A stretch of 64,000 nucleotides of DNA from Paraspadella gotoi (GCA_051294375.1 CM119268.1:15749103-15813102), one strand, 5' to 3'. Shown: positions 37,494 to 53,664, counted from the stretch's first letter. Made by a program: numbers and translations. The notes: generated from the sequence alone by a model not told the origin.

Positions 37494-39191
37494 TATTATT
37501 ATTAAGAATTAGCTATTTATTAATTTAACTTTGATCTAAAAATCGCCATGAAAAAATTTTAAAAACTAGTAGGTCCATTCTATTTAATAGGTCTGGTTCC
37601 AGGAATGACCAGGAATGACCAACGGTTACGTCGAGGTGAGAAAGCAGGTGTACGCGGTCTGGTAAAGCCGAATCGGTTTGAAATCCGGTAAGATCGGGGC
37701 AAACAAAATATTTCAGTTTGTTCGTTGTTAATTATTAGTTGAAAATACTTTTGAATCGATATTTTTACTTTCTTCCTTTCCTCATTTTTCTTTCATTCCA
37801 TCCATCTTTTTTTCCTTTTCCTCTTTTTCCTCTCCTTTTTCTCATTCCGTTTCCAGAGACGGCCATCCATCCCGCATTGTCCGTCGGTAAGTGCTTCGCT
37901 TTCCCGCGCTCGAGGTTTTCCACTCACTCGCGAGATACGCTTCACACGGACCGCGAGAGTCACCGCCTCGTGAAGTGAGAGCTAATCAAGGATGGGATGA
38001 ATCGCCGTGGTGAGATTGTAATGCTCGATGTTTTAAGTATGTATTTTTCGTCACGCAGCAACCGATCTTCAATCGATATCTTCAAACGCTTGAATATTTC
38101 AGTTTTAAGCAAACGTTGCTCTGTCAAGAAAATGTTTAAAATTAGAATTAAATTGCGTTTTAATATTCCATTGGTAGTCGCCATATAAACGTTGGCGACA
38201 ACTCGTCTTTTTCTTCTTAGAAGAGATCTTACTTGAAATAAAACTAGTTTTTAAAACATGTAAATGAGATTTAAATTGTGCATATAGTAGAGTTGTAGTA
38301 TCCTCGTTATACTATACATCTTAAACTACGTAACAGAATATGACAACATGTAGAAAGTAATTTTCTCAAGCGACCAGGATAAAAAAAAANNNNNNNNNNN
38401 NNNNNNNNNNNNNNNNNNNNNNNNNNNNNNNNNNNNNNNNNNNNNNNNNNNNNNNNNNNNNNNNNNNNNNNNNNNNNNNNNNNNNNNNNNNNNNNNNNNN
38501 NNNNNNNNNNNNNNNNNNNNNNNNNNNNNNNNNNNNNNNNNNNNNNNNNNNNNNNNNNNNNNNNNNNNNNNNNNNNNNNNNNNNNNNNNNNNNNNNNNNN
38601 NNNNNNNNNNNNNNNNNNNNNNNNNNNNNNNNNNNNNNNNNNNNNNNNNNNNNNNNNNNNNNNNNNNNNNNNNNNNNNNNNNNNNNNNNNNNNNNNNNNN
38701 NNNNNNNNNNNNNNNNNNNNNNNNNNNNNNNNNNNNNNNNNNNNNNNNNNNTCTCTCTCATTTTCATTTCAGCTTCCGGGAAAAGAGAAATTGCGATGGT
38801 CAGTGACGTTGACGCGCATCTTTCGTTTCTCCTCTTCTCTTCTTTTGTTCCTTTTTTTCCCCTTATGTTCCTTGATTTTTCTCTTCCTTCGCTCAGTCAT
38901 TCAACGGTTGGTGGCGAATCCTGTTGCAGATTCTTTTTCCTTTTTTTTTTCTCAAATGTATATTTGCGTATTGTCATACACACAGAAAGATTTAAAAGTA
39001 GTGGTAGTAATTCATATCATTGGATTTAACGCTCAATCAATCCATTTATAACAATTTTAATCCATCTACCGAAAACGTCCAACCTCTTTTCTTCACTCAA
39101 CTTTTCATGCATAAGTATTAAGTATAATTATAAAATATCGCGACGTAACTATATTCCCGCCTTCGCTAAGAGTGCGAGGACAAAGTGGAAC

Positions 39192-39230
<39 letters not shown>

Positions 39231-40651
39231 CGAAAGCGAACGCGAAAGATAGAAAGAAAGAGAATGGAAAGGAGAAAAATTTATTTTTTCTTTCATTTTC
39301 TATTCGCGTAAAAATGAGAACAAATGGATGTCATAAATCGCGAGGGTGGCTTCGTCATACATATCACTGTTTCTTTTAATTTCTCTTCGCCCCTCCTTCC
39401 GGCCAGGGAGAGGAAATGGAGTGGCAAGTAGAAGGGGGGGGAGGAGTGACCAGTGGAAGAGACAAGAATAGTTAAAGGGGTCAGGCAGGTAAGAACGATT
39501 TCATAAGACATACAAACAAGACGATTGAATAAAAAATAAAATAAAATATAAAATAAGAGAAAAAGAGATTTTTTTTTACCTCTTTGCTTTCCTCATCGTT
39601 TCCTCCTCTTCTTCCTCAGCTAGGTTTTTCTTTTCTCCCTTTTCACTCGCTCCCTATTTCGCCCTCACGTTTCGCCTCCCCCCATAACACCTTCTCCATC
39701 TCTCTCTCTTTCTCTCTATCTCTCCTTCAGCCTTCCTTCTCTCTTCCTCCTCTTTCCTCTTCCTCCTTGCCAGCAACGCCATCTTGAAACGGCGATGAAG
39801 GGCGATGATAAAAAAGGACGTTGAAACATCTACAAGAATAAATTCTCCGGATCGTCTTTTATTTTAATTCCCCATTTCTCATAAAATTCATCAGAGAAAA
39901 AAAAACCGTCTGTTTGCAGAGGGCGCCTTTTAATTTAACTTTCATTTTTCCCGTCCGCGAGTGTTGAGTTTCCTAGATATTAAATGGTCAAAGACTCAAG
40001 TTCTTTTATACGTCGTGATAGCGAGGATAGCAAAAATAGCACCGATTCCTCGCGGTGCTTTCTCGCTCGCTCAAAGCTTGTTAGCTTCTCACTACAGTTT
40101 TACTGCGCTTAATGTTTTTTTTTCTCTATTACTCCTTCGCATTTCCAACTGCTATTCCACTTATCTTCACTCCTTTCCTTTCCTCCGTTTTCATCATTTG
40201 TTATTTTCCTTCTTGACGCGGGGTTTTCTTCTTCCTCCATTTGTTACGCGAGCTCTGCTTCTGACCAGCGACGCTGACGGAAACGAAAATGGCGACGGCC
40301 GCAGCGACGGTGGCGACTCTGGCGGCGACGATCGATTCTAGAAAAATAAAAAGAAGAGACGATTGTACTACTCTGTTTGAACATTACAAAAACCATAATA
40401 AAAATAGTATCTGCCTAAGGGAATTGGCAAACAAGGTCGTAAAGATAATGCCTTTGAAGGATGTAGTCAGGATTAAGAAACAGCAAAATCACTGACTTAG
40501 AAAAGAGAAAGTGAAACTCACAATGCAAAGTCAAAAAAAAAGATTTTTCAGGCCCCCTTGCCGCAGCATTCAATAGAGTTACTCTGTGGGTGCTGTTGCC
40601 AGTAGCGCTTTCTCGTGAATCTTCTTAGCCTGGACAACCTATTTAGATTTA

Positions 40652-40692
<41 letters not shown>

Positions 40693-41004
40693 CTTCGTTC
40701 TCGTCTCATCTCATCTCGTCTTCTCTAGAGTCCTCTCTCTCTCTCTTATCGCCTCCACTTCACATTTTTTCCCCTGCTTTCTTCAGTTCTTGGACAGTAA
40801 GTGGACATTGCAGCTGCAGCACAGTGCAGCCTCCTCCGCCGCTGCTACCTCCGCCGCATATCAAACAGCGCCGCATTCTTATCAGGCATTCCGAAGCAGA
40901 ATATTGAATGGAGAGGAGAGCGGAGCACCGTTTTTCTCCTTTTTTTTAAACTTTTTCCCCATTCGGTTTTTTATTCTAATCTTGTTTTTTATCCCTTCCT
41001 TTCC

Positions 41005-41099
<95 letters not shown>

Positions 41100-41503
41100 T
41101 CTTACTCCTATCAGCGAGTGACCATCCATTTTTGCATGAATAGGCAATTGAGAATCTGCAATCTGCATGTCTCAATGCTGCTTTCTTATTAACATGATTA
41201 GAATCTTAGTATGTGCGTTATATGTAATTAAAAAATGTTATGAAAACTCGCAAAATTACTTGTTTCACTATCCTATATTGTTATATTTTATGAAGGTTTT
41301 ATTATTTAATTATATATGTAATTCAATTGTAATCAATTGTCAAAATTGTACTGTAATTAGTTTCTCAATCTCTTTATCTCTCTTTCTCTCTCACCTAAAT
41401 CGGCGAGTGACCATTTTTTTGTCATGTCTCCTGAAATTGAATGAACAAATGCTGAATTGTTACTTTTTATTTTGGTCTCATGTCTTTTTGTATGTCTGTC
41501 TTA

Positions 41504-41541
<38 letters not shown>

Positions 41542-43496
41542 CTTTCTCTCTCTCTCTCTCTCTCTCACCGTTTCGTATAATTCATTTATTGGTTTTCATT
41601 GCATGGGCTTGAGTGCACGCAAACGGTTTGCGGCTTTCGTCCTCCAGTTTTGTCTTTTCTCGATTCGAATTTGGTTTTTTTTTTTCAGGTTGGTCTCGAT
41701 TCTGGGGCGGAAAGACCCGGAATTCACGCAGACAAAATGGCCAATTAATATTCCGACCTCATTTAACCTATTTTTCTTTTTAATCAACTTTTTAAAAAAA
41801 CAACATTTCCACAATCGTAGGTTAATTTTTTTTTTAAGAATCGACGCTGACTCCTGGCAAATAGAAGAGAAATAAATCGTATCGTCACAAAAAAAACTGT
41901 AAACATAAACAAAAGATATCAAAAGAGTCCAATAGGACAATAAGACTGCATTAGGACCGAGGTTACGCATTAGATCGAGATAACTTTTGATTTCTTTCCC
42001 TTTCTCTTCATCTTCTCCTCAAGTCAAGCTTAGTCGTTTCTTAGCCGAATTTTTTATGCATTTTTTTTAGGTAGATTTGCAATATTTGCCTCCTGGTTTG
42101 TCGTATTTCTTGTAAAAATTTAATATTTTAATCGTCATCGAAAGTCGACTATATTAGTCGACTATACAATATACATACAGTAAGTATCTATCCTCGTTAA
42201 TCTTTCTCCTCCATTTTTCCAATCCTCTTCTTAATTTGTCTCTCTCCCTTTCCTTTTTCCTTTCTCCCTTTTTTCCTCCACATTACGGCTCGGAAGAGTT
42301 CAACATGGATTAGAGCCTAAATACCGTCTTGACCTTTGGGCGGGTTGAGTTTGAACTCGTGGGGATTTTCTCTCCTCTTCCTCCTCTTCCTGCTCTCCTC
42401 CGTTTTCATTGACATCCTCCTCTTCTTCACACTCCCTCTTTTTTTCCTTCTAAAAATAAAATTCTCTTCTCTTTATTTTTTTATTAAAAAGAGGAAAGAA
42501 CAAAAGAAAAGAATATCATTGAAAAGCGACGTCAAAAAGGAGGAATGTACGTCTCTTCTTAATAAAAAGTGTTGAAAAGAAATTGTAAAAACGAAAAAAA
42601 AATATTAATATATTTCGCCGTTGAAGCGTTCGATTCGAAAAAAAAAAAAAAAAATAGAGAAAAAAAAAATAGTAGAGGATTTCAAGAATTAAAACACCGG
42701 AAATAAATTTGATTAATTAATCAAAGATTCTTCGGTTGACGTCTGAAGTTTCGTCGAAGCGGAAAAACAGACGGAGAAAGAATAAAAGGGAGAAAAAGAA
42801 ATGACAAGATTCATACAAAATAAAAAGGGAAGATGGAGAAGGAGAGGGGAGGGGAGGAGAGGGTAGGGGAGGGGGGAGGGCAGGATTGGGGGGAAGGAAA
42901 GAGGTTGGGGGAAGAGAGCGTGTGAGAAGGGGAGAGAGAGAGAGAGAGAGGGAGAGAATGGGAGAATGGGATGAGAGTTCCTGAGACTGAATAAAAAAAT
43001 AGTTGGGGAAAAGAGAAGATAAAAGGAAGAAGGAATGGTAAGCGAGAGAGAGACAGACAGAGAGCGAACTTTAAATTGTAAAAATTGTATTCGAAACAAG
43101 TATCGCAATAAACGAAACCTAACGCTGCGTATTATCTTCTATTCTTAATTTTTAATTTTTAACTAATATTTTCATATTATTCGATATGACAGTTCTTATT
43201 ATTCACATTTTGAAGTCAATCCTTAGTCTTTTCCCTCATTTGGCTTCAAACGTTTTCCTGGTCATTTTCACCGATGATCGGTCTCCTCGTTTGTCCCACA
43301 TCCGTCGTCATCTTCATCATTTTCTCCTTCGTCGTCGTCGTCGTCGTNNNNNNNNNNGTCGTCGTCGTCGTCGTCGTCCCTATTCCCTTTCCTCGTTCCT
43401 CCGGTCTGGATGTAAGATTAGCGAAAGATAAAAGCGTAACTCAAGTGAAGAAACCATTTATAGTTGAATTCATTCGAAGAAAAACCGCCTCCTCTT

Positions 43497-43620
<124 letters not shown>

Positions 43621-44650
43621 TTCTCTCCCAACAGAATCCGACGCCATCGACGACAGCGCCAACTCGTTGGTTGGCGGCGAAACGAGGAAATTCTCTTGAA
43701 AAACGAAAGACAAAAGGGGAAAAAACAAAAGACGTGGCTTCTGCGCTTCCGAGGTTCTTGGTTAATCAACGAGAAAAACAGGAAACAAAAGCGACGAGAG
43801 AGAAAATTCCCTCGCGACGCCGTCGACTTTGGGGTTCGGACGGAGGAAGCATTTGTTGTTTCCTAGATGTCGCTGGAAGATAATATTGATCTTTTGTTTT
43901 TATTGTTGGGGCTGATGTCGTTTCGTTACTGTTACTGTTGTTATTCGAGTTGTTTTTGCTTTGAGATTCCTTCTTTTATTTACTGAAGACTTAATTATTA
44001 ATTAATTAATTAATTAAAAATTCGAAACGAAAATGTACATTTTATTGTGCTTGGACTGGAATCACAAATAGAGTAGTATTTTTGAAAATTAAAAAAATTA
44101 TCGACTGACTTTTTAAAACTTAGACACGTCATAGAACAATGATTGTTTTGAGACTAAATTTAGAAAATAAAATTTTTATTGGAACGTTTGTCTATATATA
44201 AACAAAAGAAAAAAACCAATATTTAGTCTAAACCAAAATGAAAACCCCCGAACGAGGACATGCAAATTGCAAATTAGAAGTTATTTCCTAGTAGGCGCGT
44301 TTTTTCGGCGCCGGCTTGGTAGGGGGCGCCATTTGCGGCGCTGAAGGCCGCGTCGGCGGCGCGGTTGGGCGCGAACCAAAACGCAGCGCGGTTTATTCAA
44401 AGAAATTACCCGAGTTTGGAAAAAGGAGCAAAAATAGAAAGAAAAAAAAAAAGAAAAAAAAAATTAGGAGGCAGATTCTTAAAATAGCGCTAATTAATAC
44501 GCGCGGGTGTTTTGTGCCAAAAAAAATAAAAGGGGGCGAGAAATTAAGAGGAATGCCGCAATGCCCCAATGCCTCAATGCCGAGTGTGGAGAAAGAAGAG
44601 AGGGAGAGGGTGTGGACTCTCTGCGTAGAATTTGAATGAGAAGAGTGAAC

Positions 44651-44705
<55 letters not shown>

Positions 44706-44964
44706 TCCCTCATCCCCTCCCCCTCTTCTTTATCTTTTATTGCAGTTGACGAATTGTTTTGAGACTTTTATAAAACCCGTTTTCGTTTTTTCTTTCCTTT
44801 CTTCTTATTTTCTTTTTTTTTTTTTCCACTTTTTGCGACTTTCGCGCGACTTTGACAGATTTTAGACTTTTATTCTCTCGTCGCGTCGAGGGATGGGAAG
44901 ACGCCTTCTTGTGGGTAAGAAGCAGAGAAGGTGGGGTGGGATGATGTGGTAAGGACGAGAAAAA

Positions 44965-45110
<146 letters not shown>

Positions 45111-46441
45111 GCCAAGCGCATTGTTTTGTCGTGAATACGAAGCATTTCCTTCCTTTTCCCGATGACTTCCAAAACTCAGACCCGACCCTAATTAGTTCTT
45201 CGCCTCTCATTCTTCTCTTTATAATTGTCTTGCTCTTTTTCTTTTTCTCTCGCTCACTGTCTCTCTCTCTTTCCTTATCTCCTCGCCACCCTCTTTCCAT
45301 ATTCCGGCTTCGTCTGCCAAATTATAAAAAAAATTCCGGATTTAAAAAAAATATCCAAAAACGTGACGGAATGCATCCGGGTTAGTGGGACAATACAGCC
45401 GCCTCCGCCTCCGCCGCCGCCTCCGCCGCCGCTTCAGCCGCCTCCGTCGCTTTCCCGCACATTTGGCTTCTTCAAAGAAGGAAAAATGACAAAGGAGCAA
45501 CAAATGTTTTCATTTTTGTCACTAGAAACTCGAGGTCGTAAAAAATGGCTTCTTCTACGAAATGTGGGATTTATAAAAAACTTTAAAATGAAAAATTTAA
45601 CCGAAAAAAAAGGTTTTTCGTCGTCTGAATTGTCGTCGTTGCCGTGGTCGTGCCAGATTATGTAACCAATGACTGACATATATCATCGTTTTTTAGCGGC
45701 ATCGCAACTTACCCTTTGTATCGCTAATAACGAAGCACTTATCACTAATAACTAATAATTAGGGTTAGGATCATTAATATCACTACTTAGGATGATCATG
45801 ATCGTTAATAACTCCATTTTAATGTTAGATTTGTTATCTTCAATAACATTATTGTCATCACAATCATCATCATCATCATCATCATCAACATCATCGCTCT
45901 CGTCGTCGATGAGCGGTCAACTTGGGCGTCTGACTTTGAAGTAAAATCGATACTGAGTGAAGAAATGAAAGAGCGACTTCAACCACCGCCTTCCATTGGA
46001 AACGACAGGAAAGCGGAGGGGGAAAATTAATAGGAGATGGGAAAGAGAGAGAGAGAGGGAGNNNNNNNNNNAGAGAGAGAGAGAGATATTAGATAAATAA
46101 TTATGTAAAGTATGAAGAAGAAAAAAATTAAACACTATATATAAATGGACAAAAGATACATACAGAAAATTTAAATAAGAAAGTAGAGAGAGGGAGAGAG
46201 ATAAAGTACTGAAAAATAGACTGTGAATGTGAAAGGACACAAAAAGAGAGAAAAGCGAGAAAAGAAAGAAATTTAAATAATTTTTTTTTTAAAAATGGCA
46301 GAAAAAAAACCCATCTTTGCGTGATGACTGAAGCCAGGAAACTCTGTTCGCCCGCATCTTCTACACGAAACAACACAACTTCTCCCTTTCTCCACTCTCT
46401 TTCCCTCTCTGTGACACGCGTGCGATGTCCAGAGAGAGAGA

Positions 46442-46530
<89 letters not shown>

Positions 46531-46702
46531 CACGAGTGATGGCGCTTTCTCCCCTCGCTGTCCTCGCTGTCAAGATGACCTCTTTCTTTTATTCCCCGTT
46601 TTTTTTCTTTCGTTATCGGTTTTGAATTCTCTTTCGCTCCCCTTGCTTCTCTCCCCGCTCTACTGCTCTCTCTCCTGCTTCTGTTTCCTCCACTTACCTA
46701 CG

Positions 46703-46846
46703 ATTCTTATATTCTTTCTTTTTTTTCCTTCCCTTCCCTCCCTTCTTATTTTCTGTCTTTTTTTCCTTCCCTTCCTTCCCTTCTTATTTTCTGTATTTTT
46801 TCCTTCCTTTCCTTCCCTTCTTATTTTCTTTCTTTTTTTCCTTCCC
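46703..46846. repeat. ~38-40 bp pyrimidine-rich tandem repeat, about 4 copies
   Basis: Recurrent TTCTTATTTTCT.TCTTTTTTCCTTCCCTTCC.TCCC. Confidence 0.75.
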
Positions 46847-47615
46847 CTGTTTTTCTTTTCACTTTCACATCTTTATTTTTTCTTCTTTTATTCGAAGGTC
46901 ATGAAGGAATCACAAATGTCTCGACAATAATGAAAAGTCAAGATGATAAAAATGTGAATGTAAATTAAAAATTGATTTCGTCGTAAATTGATGTTTGCCA
47001 ATAAGATTGCGTCGACCACCTCTATATATAATTTTGTCTGTTTTGGGTTTTAAAATGGACAAGTCAGCGTCGACATGTCGACGTCATGACGTAGAGTTGA
47101 CGCGACATGACGCGACATGACGCGACATGATTTTGGCGGTCGGCGTCGCGCCAATCGTTTCCGTCGCCGTCATCGTCGATTTTCACGTCCTCATATTTGT
47201 AAATTATCCCCTGGTCAAGAATCAAATAAACTAATTGCTCCATAGATTTTTTTAAAAATAAAAATCCTTTCTTTCAACCATCGATTTGTGACTTTTCTCA
47301 ATTTTTCATTTTTTTCATCCAACAAAATCTAAAAAGTTCATTCACGTTTCTGTTGACTCTTGAAGAGGAACCTAATTACCCCATGGCTTTGCGAGGGTCG
47401 AGCGCTGTCAAAGAAATAAACTAGTCGTATTAGGAATAAGCCATCTATGAGAAAAAATCTTTGCCTCTTAATAGTTCGTACTCTCTCTCTTTCTCTCTCT
47501 CTGTCTCTCTCTTTCTCTTCGCTATCTTTTACTCCAATTTTCTTTTTTTCATATCTCCTTAATCCCGTATCTTTGCCATACTCCCATTCCTTTCTCGCTA
47601 GCATAAGCAATTTTT

Positions 47616-47682
<67 letters not shown>

Positions 47683-47772
47683 CAACCCTCTCCCAAAAAT
47701 CCTGACTCTTATACACGACCAAAAACCGTCGGGAGGCTAAGATCACTCCGCAAAGATTAGATTATGCCGGCT

Positions 47773-47867
<95 letters not shown>

Positions 47868-50663
47868 GGGCTTGACCTTATTACTCTCTCGTTTAGGGAG
47901 AGCCCATCTTTTTTGCTCCATCTTATTATTTTCGTGAGATTGCCGTGGCTCGCCGTCGAATTGCGTCGCTTTGCGATTTTTCTTGCCCACAGAGTCACCG
48001 ACGGCGTCGCGACATCAACGACCGAGGATTCGGCGGAATCAGCGACATTTGGATGGGTATTGGAGGGGGGGAGGAGAGGGGCGGTGTGAAGGGGAGCCGA
48101 AGGCCAAGAAGGAGGACAAGGTTTCGTGGAAATAAAAAGAGGAAATGGACTGATAAAGATTAAGATTAAGACGCAAAGCGGAAGATGGCAAAATTTAATT
48201 TGAACGGATCTTTGTGATTAATCCCCCGCCAAATGATCGTTTGCCAAACGCTGTAATTTGTTTTCACTTGGCCAATACGCACAATGAAAGGAAATTGGGT
48301 CAAGTATCACAACGATATCACTCAAACGTGGAGATCGACGAACGAACAGGGGGTGACAAACTTTGTTCTCCGCGAAGACGAACTCAACTCGGATTCTCTT
48401 CTTGATGAATAATTTATTCTCTTCAATTCTCTTCGAGAAAAAAAAAAAGAAAAAAAAAATCGGCGGAAGCCGTAAGCCGAACGCCGTGAGCCGAAAGTCG
48501 TAAAAGCCCTAAAAAGAGAAAAAGAAATTGGATAAAACGGGGAAGCGCGACCTAGACTGAGGCCAGATGAGGATGCGTGGGGTGAGGGTTGGGGGGGGAA
48601 GGTATTGAGATGTTTAGCGGAAGGGGAGAGCGTGAGCGGGGGAGGAAGGAATCCTACCACGTCTTTTAACGCGAATGATAGAAATGATAGAAATGATAGA
48701 AAAGTTATTATTGTACCCTCGATACTTTGAAATCAGAGAATTTATGATAATGATATTTGTTAATGAACCTTCAAAATTTGTTCACGAATATAAAGTTAAT
48801 TACGTTATTTTATCATTTTCTATTCTAATTTATTTTTTACTATGTTAAATTATCTATTTGATATAACCTTTCGTTTCGTTGTGTTTATGAGATTAGCAAA
48901 GAGAAATTTGTTTTTGTTTTTATTTGTTTTTTTATGTTTTTATCAAATAAAATCGTTGTAGTAACAAAATCAAATTTCTCTTTGTTAAAATTATCAAAAG
49001 CAATATTTTATAAACATATTTCTAAATAAAGTGAATAAAAATTTTTTTATCAAAGATATCCCAAATAATGATCTATCGATGCTTTCTATAAATTTCAATA
49101 ATATTAAATATAAATTATTTTTGTGACATTCGCGGTAGGACACGGGGTAGAAGGAGAGAAGGAGGTAGGGGGACGAAGGAAGATGGAGAAGAAAAGGAAA
49201 GAAATAGAGGGAGAATGAAAGGGCGGTTTCAGTTGAAAGACAAGGAAGAGACAAACAAGGAAAGACAGAGAAATGTAAAAAAGGAGGCAAGAAAGAATTG
49301 TCAAAAATAGGGGATCGAGAGAAAAAAGGTTCAGACAGAGATAGAGTCAAACGAGGACGAAGAAGAGAGAACCTCATTCCAAATCGGTTTAAAAAAAAAA
49401 AACACTAAAGGCGAAGAGATCGAAGACCCGTCCTCGCTTTCCTTTTCGGTCGTAAAAATGAAGGAAGAGAAAAAAAAAGGAGGAAAGGGAGGAAAGGAGA
49501 AAAAGGAGAGGGGAGAATAGAATAGCGAATAGCGAATAGCGAATAGTTTTCTTTTTTTTTATTTATTAAACATAGGAAAAGCATCTATCATCGATTTTGA
49601 AATTGTCGTCGTCTCGGCCGTCTTCGAAACATGACATTGTCGTCAAAGTTGCCGGCGTCATCAGTGGCGGCAAAGGAATTTCAAATCTCTTCAAGGGGGC
49701 AGTTAAAAGGAGAATTTAGAAATCGGGTCTGGATTTTGACGAGGAGAGAGAGAGAGAGAGAGAAGAGAGAGAGGAGAGAGGAGAGAGAGAGAGAGAGAGA
49801 GAGAGATATCAGTGCAAGAGACCAAGAGTCGATGAAGCTTCTTCACACAGGAAATCTAAAGGGAAACAAAACCTCCAAGTCTCAATTCTCACTTTTTATC
49901 TTTTTTTTTTTTTCAACATTTTTTTAGTTTCTCCTCTTCAAATATTTTTATCATCTCAAGCTTCGCCGAAATTTTTTTTTGGCTCTAATCTGGAGCAAAA
50001 AAAAAAAAAAAAAAAAAAAAACTGTGTAAATTTCTCGAAGTGATGAAAATTTTTTTTCAACACCAGAATTCGATGTAATCGATTTTTGGTCATTTCGTCA
50101 TTCTTAAATCTAAACAATAAGCGATGCAGGACCGTTATTGTCAGTTGGTCAATTTGTTGGTGGGTTAATCCGTTTGTTTCGGAAGTACAGGTAAATTTTT
50201 AGTTAGTGTTTGGGTTTGATCAACTTTCGTTGCTTGATTTGAAAATACATTTTTAGAGGCAAATATTCTTTTCATTTCTCCATTAAAAAGATGGGATTTG
50301 ATTGTTTGTTAAGTTATTGGACGACAAAAACAAAAAACTGAACATTTTTCGTTGGTCAAAAAAGTCGAACAAAAAAAAAAAAAAGAAATAAAAACAATGA
50401 GAAGAAAAAGAAAAAAAAAGCAGGGAAAAGTTGAAGAATCAAAATTCGAAGGAAAAAAAATTTCGACTTTGTGCAAACACGAAAGTCAAACCCCTTTTTC
50501 ATTATTTCGTACCGTTCTCTTTAAAAGGGTATATTTGCACTTACTTCTGCTCTTTTACCATCTCTCTCTTTTTTTTATTTTCTCAAAAACTTAAAACCTG
50601 ATGTTCCTTTGTTTTAATATGATAATTCTCATCTCTCTACTCTTTCTACTCTTAGTCAGCGAC

Positions 50664-50764
<101 letters not shown>

Positions 50765-52356
50765 AGCTCCATTAGCACCTTCGTGTTATCCTTTCTTTCC
50801 CTTTCCTTCTCTTCCCGCCCCCCCCACCCCCCCGTCTGTTTGTCCAAATACTTTTTCAACGATCCCGTCGTTTAGGAACTGAATCCCCGATTTTCGTCAA
50901 ATCAGCGACTTTTCACATTTCCATTTTCGCCGCCGCGTGGTTTTTGGACGGGGGGTTGTGGTGTGGTGGGAGGGAGAGCGAGAGGGTCGATATGTCGGGG
51001 TAGGATGGAGGGTACGGATTGGAGGGAGTGTTGGGGATCAGGTGAATAAAAGCGGTTGAAATGACCATCCTGTCGAGAGTTCGTGACGATCGTTCTTGGT
51101 CATGTTACAAAATGTATATGTAATTACGTGATTATTATGTAAATATGTAATTATGCATTTATATATTTTGTAAAACGAAGATACGAAAACTTTTAGGTTG
51201 ATAAATTAGATGAAGTTGTTAAAGAAATTAAATAAAAAAAACCCGAACATCATAAAATCTCGCGAAATCAGAAAAAGTGAAATTTTAATTTTAAAGACGA
51301 GAAAAGATGAAAGAAGAAAAAAAATTTTCGAATCTCTTATTCTCGTGAGTCTGGAAGTAATAATTAGATTAAGATTTAAGGGGAGAATGTATTTAAAAAG
51401 CGAGGATGAAAAAAAGAGTTCTTGAAAATTTTAATATTCGGATCATAAATTCGTTCCTATGGAGATTAAAAGTGAGCATTCAATGACAATTGTAATTAAA
51501 GTCGAATAAAAAAAAAATTAGAAGCGGAATCAAAGACAGAATGAAAAATAAGTTGCGGAAATTAAGGAGGGAAATAATTTGATGAGGGATCTTTTGACTT
51601 TCACTCAGACATAAAAGCAAAATAAAAAAACTGAGAGCAAAGGAGCCGGAAGAAATTAAATAAAAAGAAAGAAAAGCAAAAAAGAAAAAAAAGAAGAAAA
51701 GATTAGCTCGCTTCTTGCGAGCGGATTAAAAATAGAGAAAGAAAAAAAAAGTTCATGAATGAATTTGCGCGGGAAAGAAGAGCGAATTCCGTTGGCGAAA
51801 GCGTCGCGCTTCTTCGGCGGGTTTGCTTTCCAGACACGCCCCTTCGCTCCGGGGCTTTCAATTTAATCCCACGTTCTCTTCTTCTACGTAACTGAATCTT
51901 TTTAACTGCGTTTGTTTCGGTTTTTTTTTCTTTTTGTCTTCATCCGTTTTTGTTTTGTTTCTCTTCCAGTTTCTTCTGGTCAATCTACGCACAGACATAA
52001 CTCTTTCCATCCCCTTCGCCATAGACCTGTGTTACTCTGCTTCTCTCCCCACCTTTTCTTACTTTCCTTTCTGTCCTCTCTCTTTTTTTCTTTCTTCTCT
52101 TTCCCTTTCACTATTCCTATCATTCCCTTCCTCCCATCTCCTTCCTCCTCACCTTTTCTCCTCTTCCTTTATCTCCTTTCCTCCCCTTTCTTCTCCTTCC
52201 TTCTCTTCCCACTTTTCTTTCCTCCATCCCTTCCCCTCGCCCTCTTCCTCTCTCCCTCTCTGCATGGGGCCCCCGATCTCTTGCGATCAACCTCGAATTA
52301 ACCTTTGACAGCGGAGGAAGATCTTCTCTTGATCCCTTCTTCATTCCTCGGGCTCT

Positions 52357-52446
<90 letters not shown>

Positions 52447-53599
52447 CCTTTTTTCCCCCTCTATCTAAGCTCTTCCTTGTACGGTTCCTGAACTCGGTCT
52501 AATTTTTTTTTCAGTGGGCTAAAAATTCAATCTTTCACTTCAGTTTAGAACAAATTCTTCAAGAAAAGTCTATCTTGTGACATTTTCTTCTAAAAATATG
52601 TAGCATAGTATGATGTAAGAGAAATTGTAGGACAGTCGAGGTGGGTGGATGGGTCACTTTGTCGGTGTATCTATTTCTCAGTTGATCTTTGTCAGCTCTT
52701 TGTGCAAAAAACTTAGTTATTTATTTTTCATCTCGGAAAATGATTGACGTCCGGTACGGCGGTGCACGTGGGAGGAGGCGTGGCGTGTTTTTCGTGCGTG
52801 TGGATTTAAAATGTTCTTTGCTGATATATTTCGGTCTTGTCTCCAATACATAAAAAGAATTCAACTTGATAAACATATCTGACTTTCGCCTCACCCAGTT
52901 TTTCAGAAAAAGAATAAAAGAGTCTTAAAGGGGAAAAAGTATCTTAGTAGATTTAAAAACGATGACGAGTTAACGTTTAACGTTTTAATATCTAATCGTC
53001 AAATTCAAAATAAAAGTTTGAAATTCCTGTCGCCGGACTAAATTTTTGTCTTTTTCGAGTCGAGAATTTTAAAGTTTTTTTTAATGATGCACATACAACC
53101 GACTAATATTTAAAATATTACAGAACCACCAAAAGAAGCGGCAATAAATAAAACATTTCTTTCAGGAGTTTTTTCCTGTTAAAATTGTCGTAAAGTCGCC
53201 GCAATCGAATCGATCTTGCTAAAAGTCTACCACTTCCGAATCCCGGCCAATCAAATCATCGCCGATCAAATTCCAACAACCATCCCGTCCCAACCCGCCT
53301 CCGGCGCCACCCTCCTCTCCTCTCCTCCGTTCCGCTCAAAACTTCCTTATCGCCGTGAACGCGTCACGAAACGCCATCGTGTGTCAAAGACATTAATGTA
53401 AATCAAAATGGAAACCGCGGCGGGCCGAAGAAGCGGTGGGCGGGAGGCGGGGGGGAGGAGGTGGAGCGAGATGGAGTAGCGGGTAACGGGAAGCGGAGAC
53501 GGCGAACGAAAGGCATTTCCAAGCGAAGAGCTGCAATTCATTTTCATCCGGAAACGAATAGAGCTTTTCGAGGAATGGGAGAGAGAGAGAAAGAGAGAA

Positions 53600-53664
<65 letters not shown>

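Noticed and set aside
40814-40885. Ala-rich peptide LQHSAASSAAATSAAYQTAPHSYQ resembling a transcription-factor exon
   Set aside because: Weak acceptor, no GT donor, no neighbouring exons.
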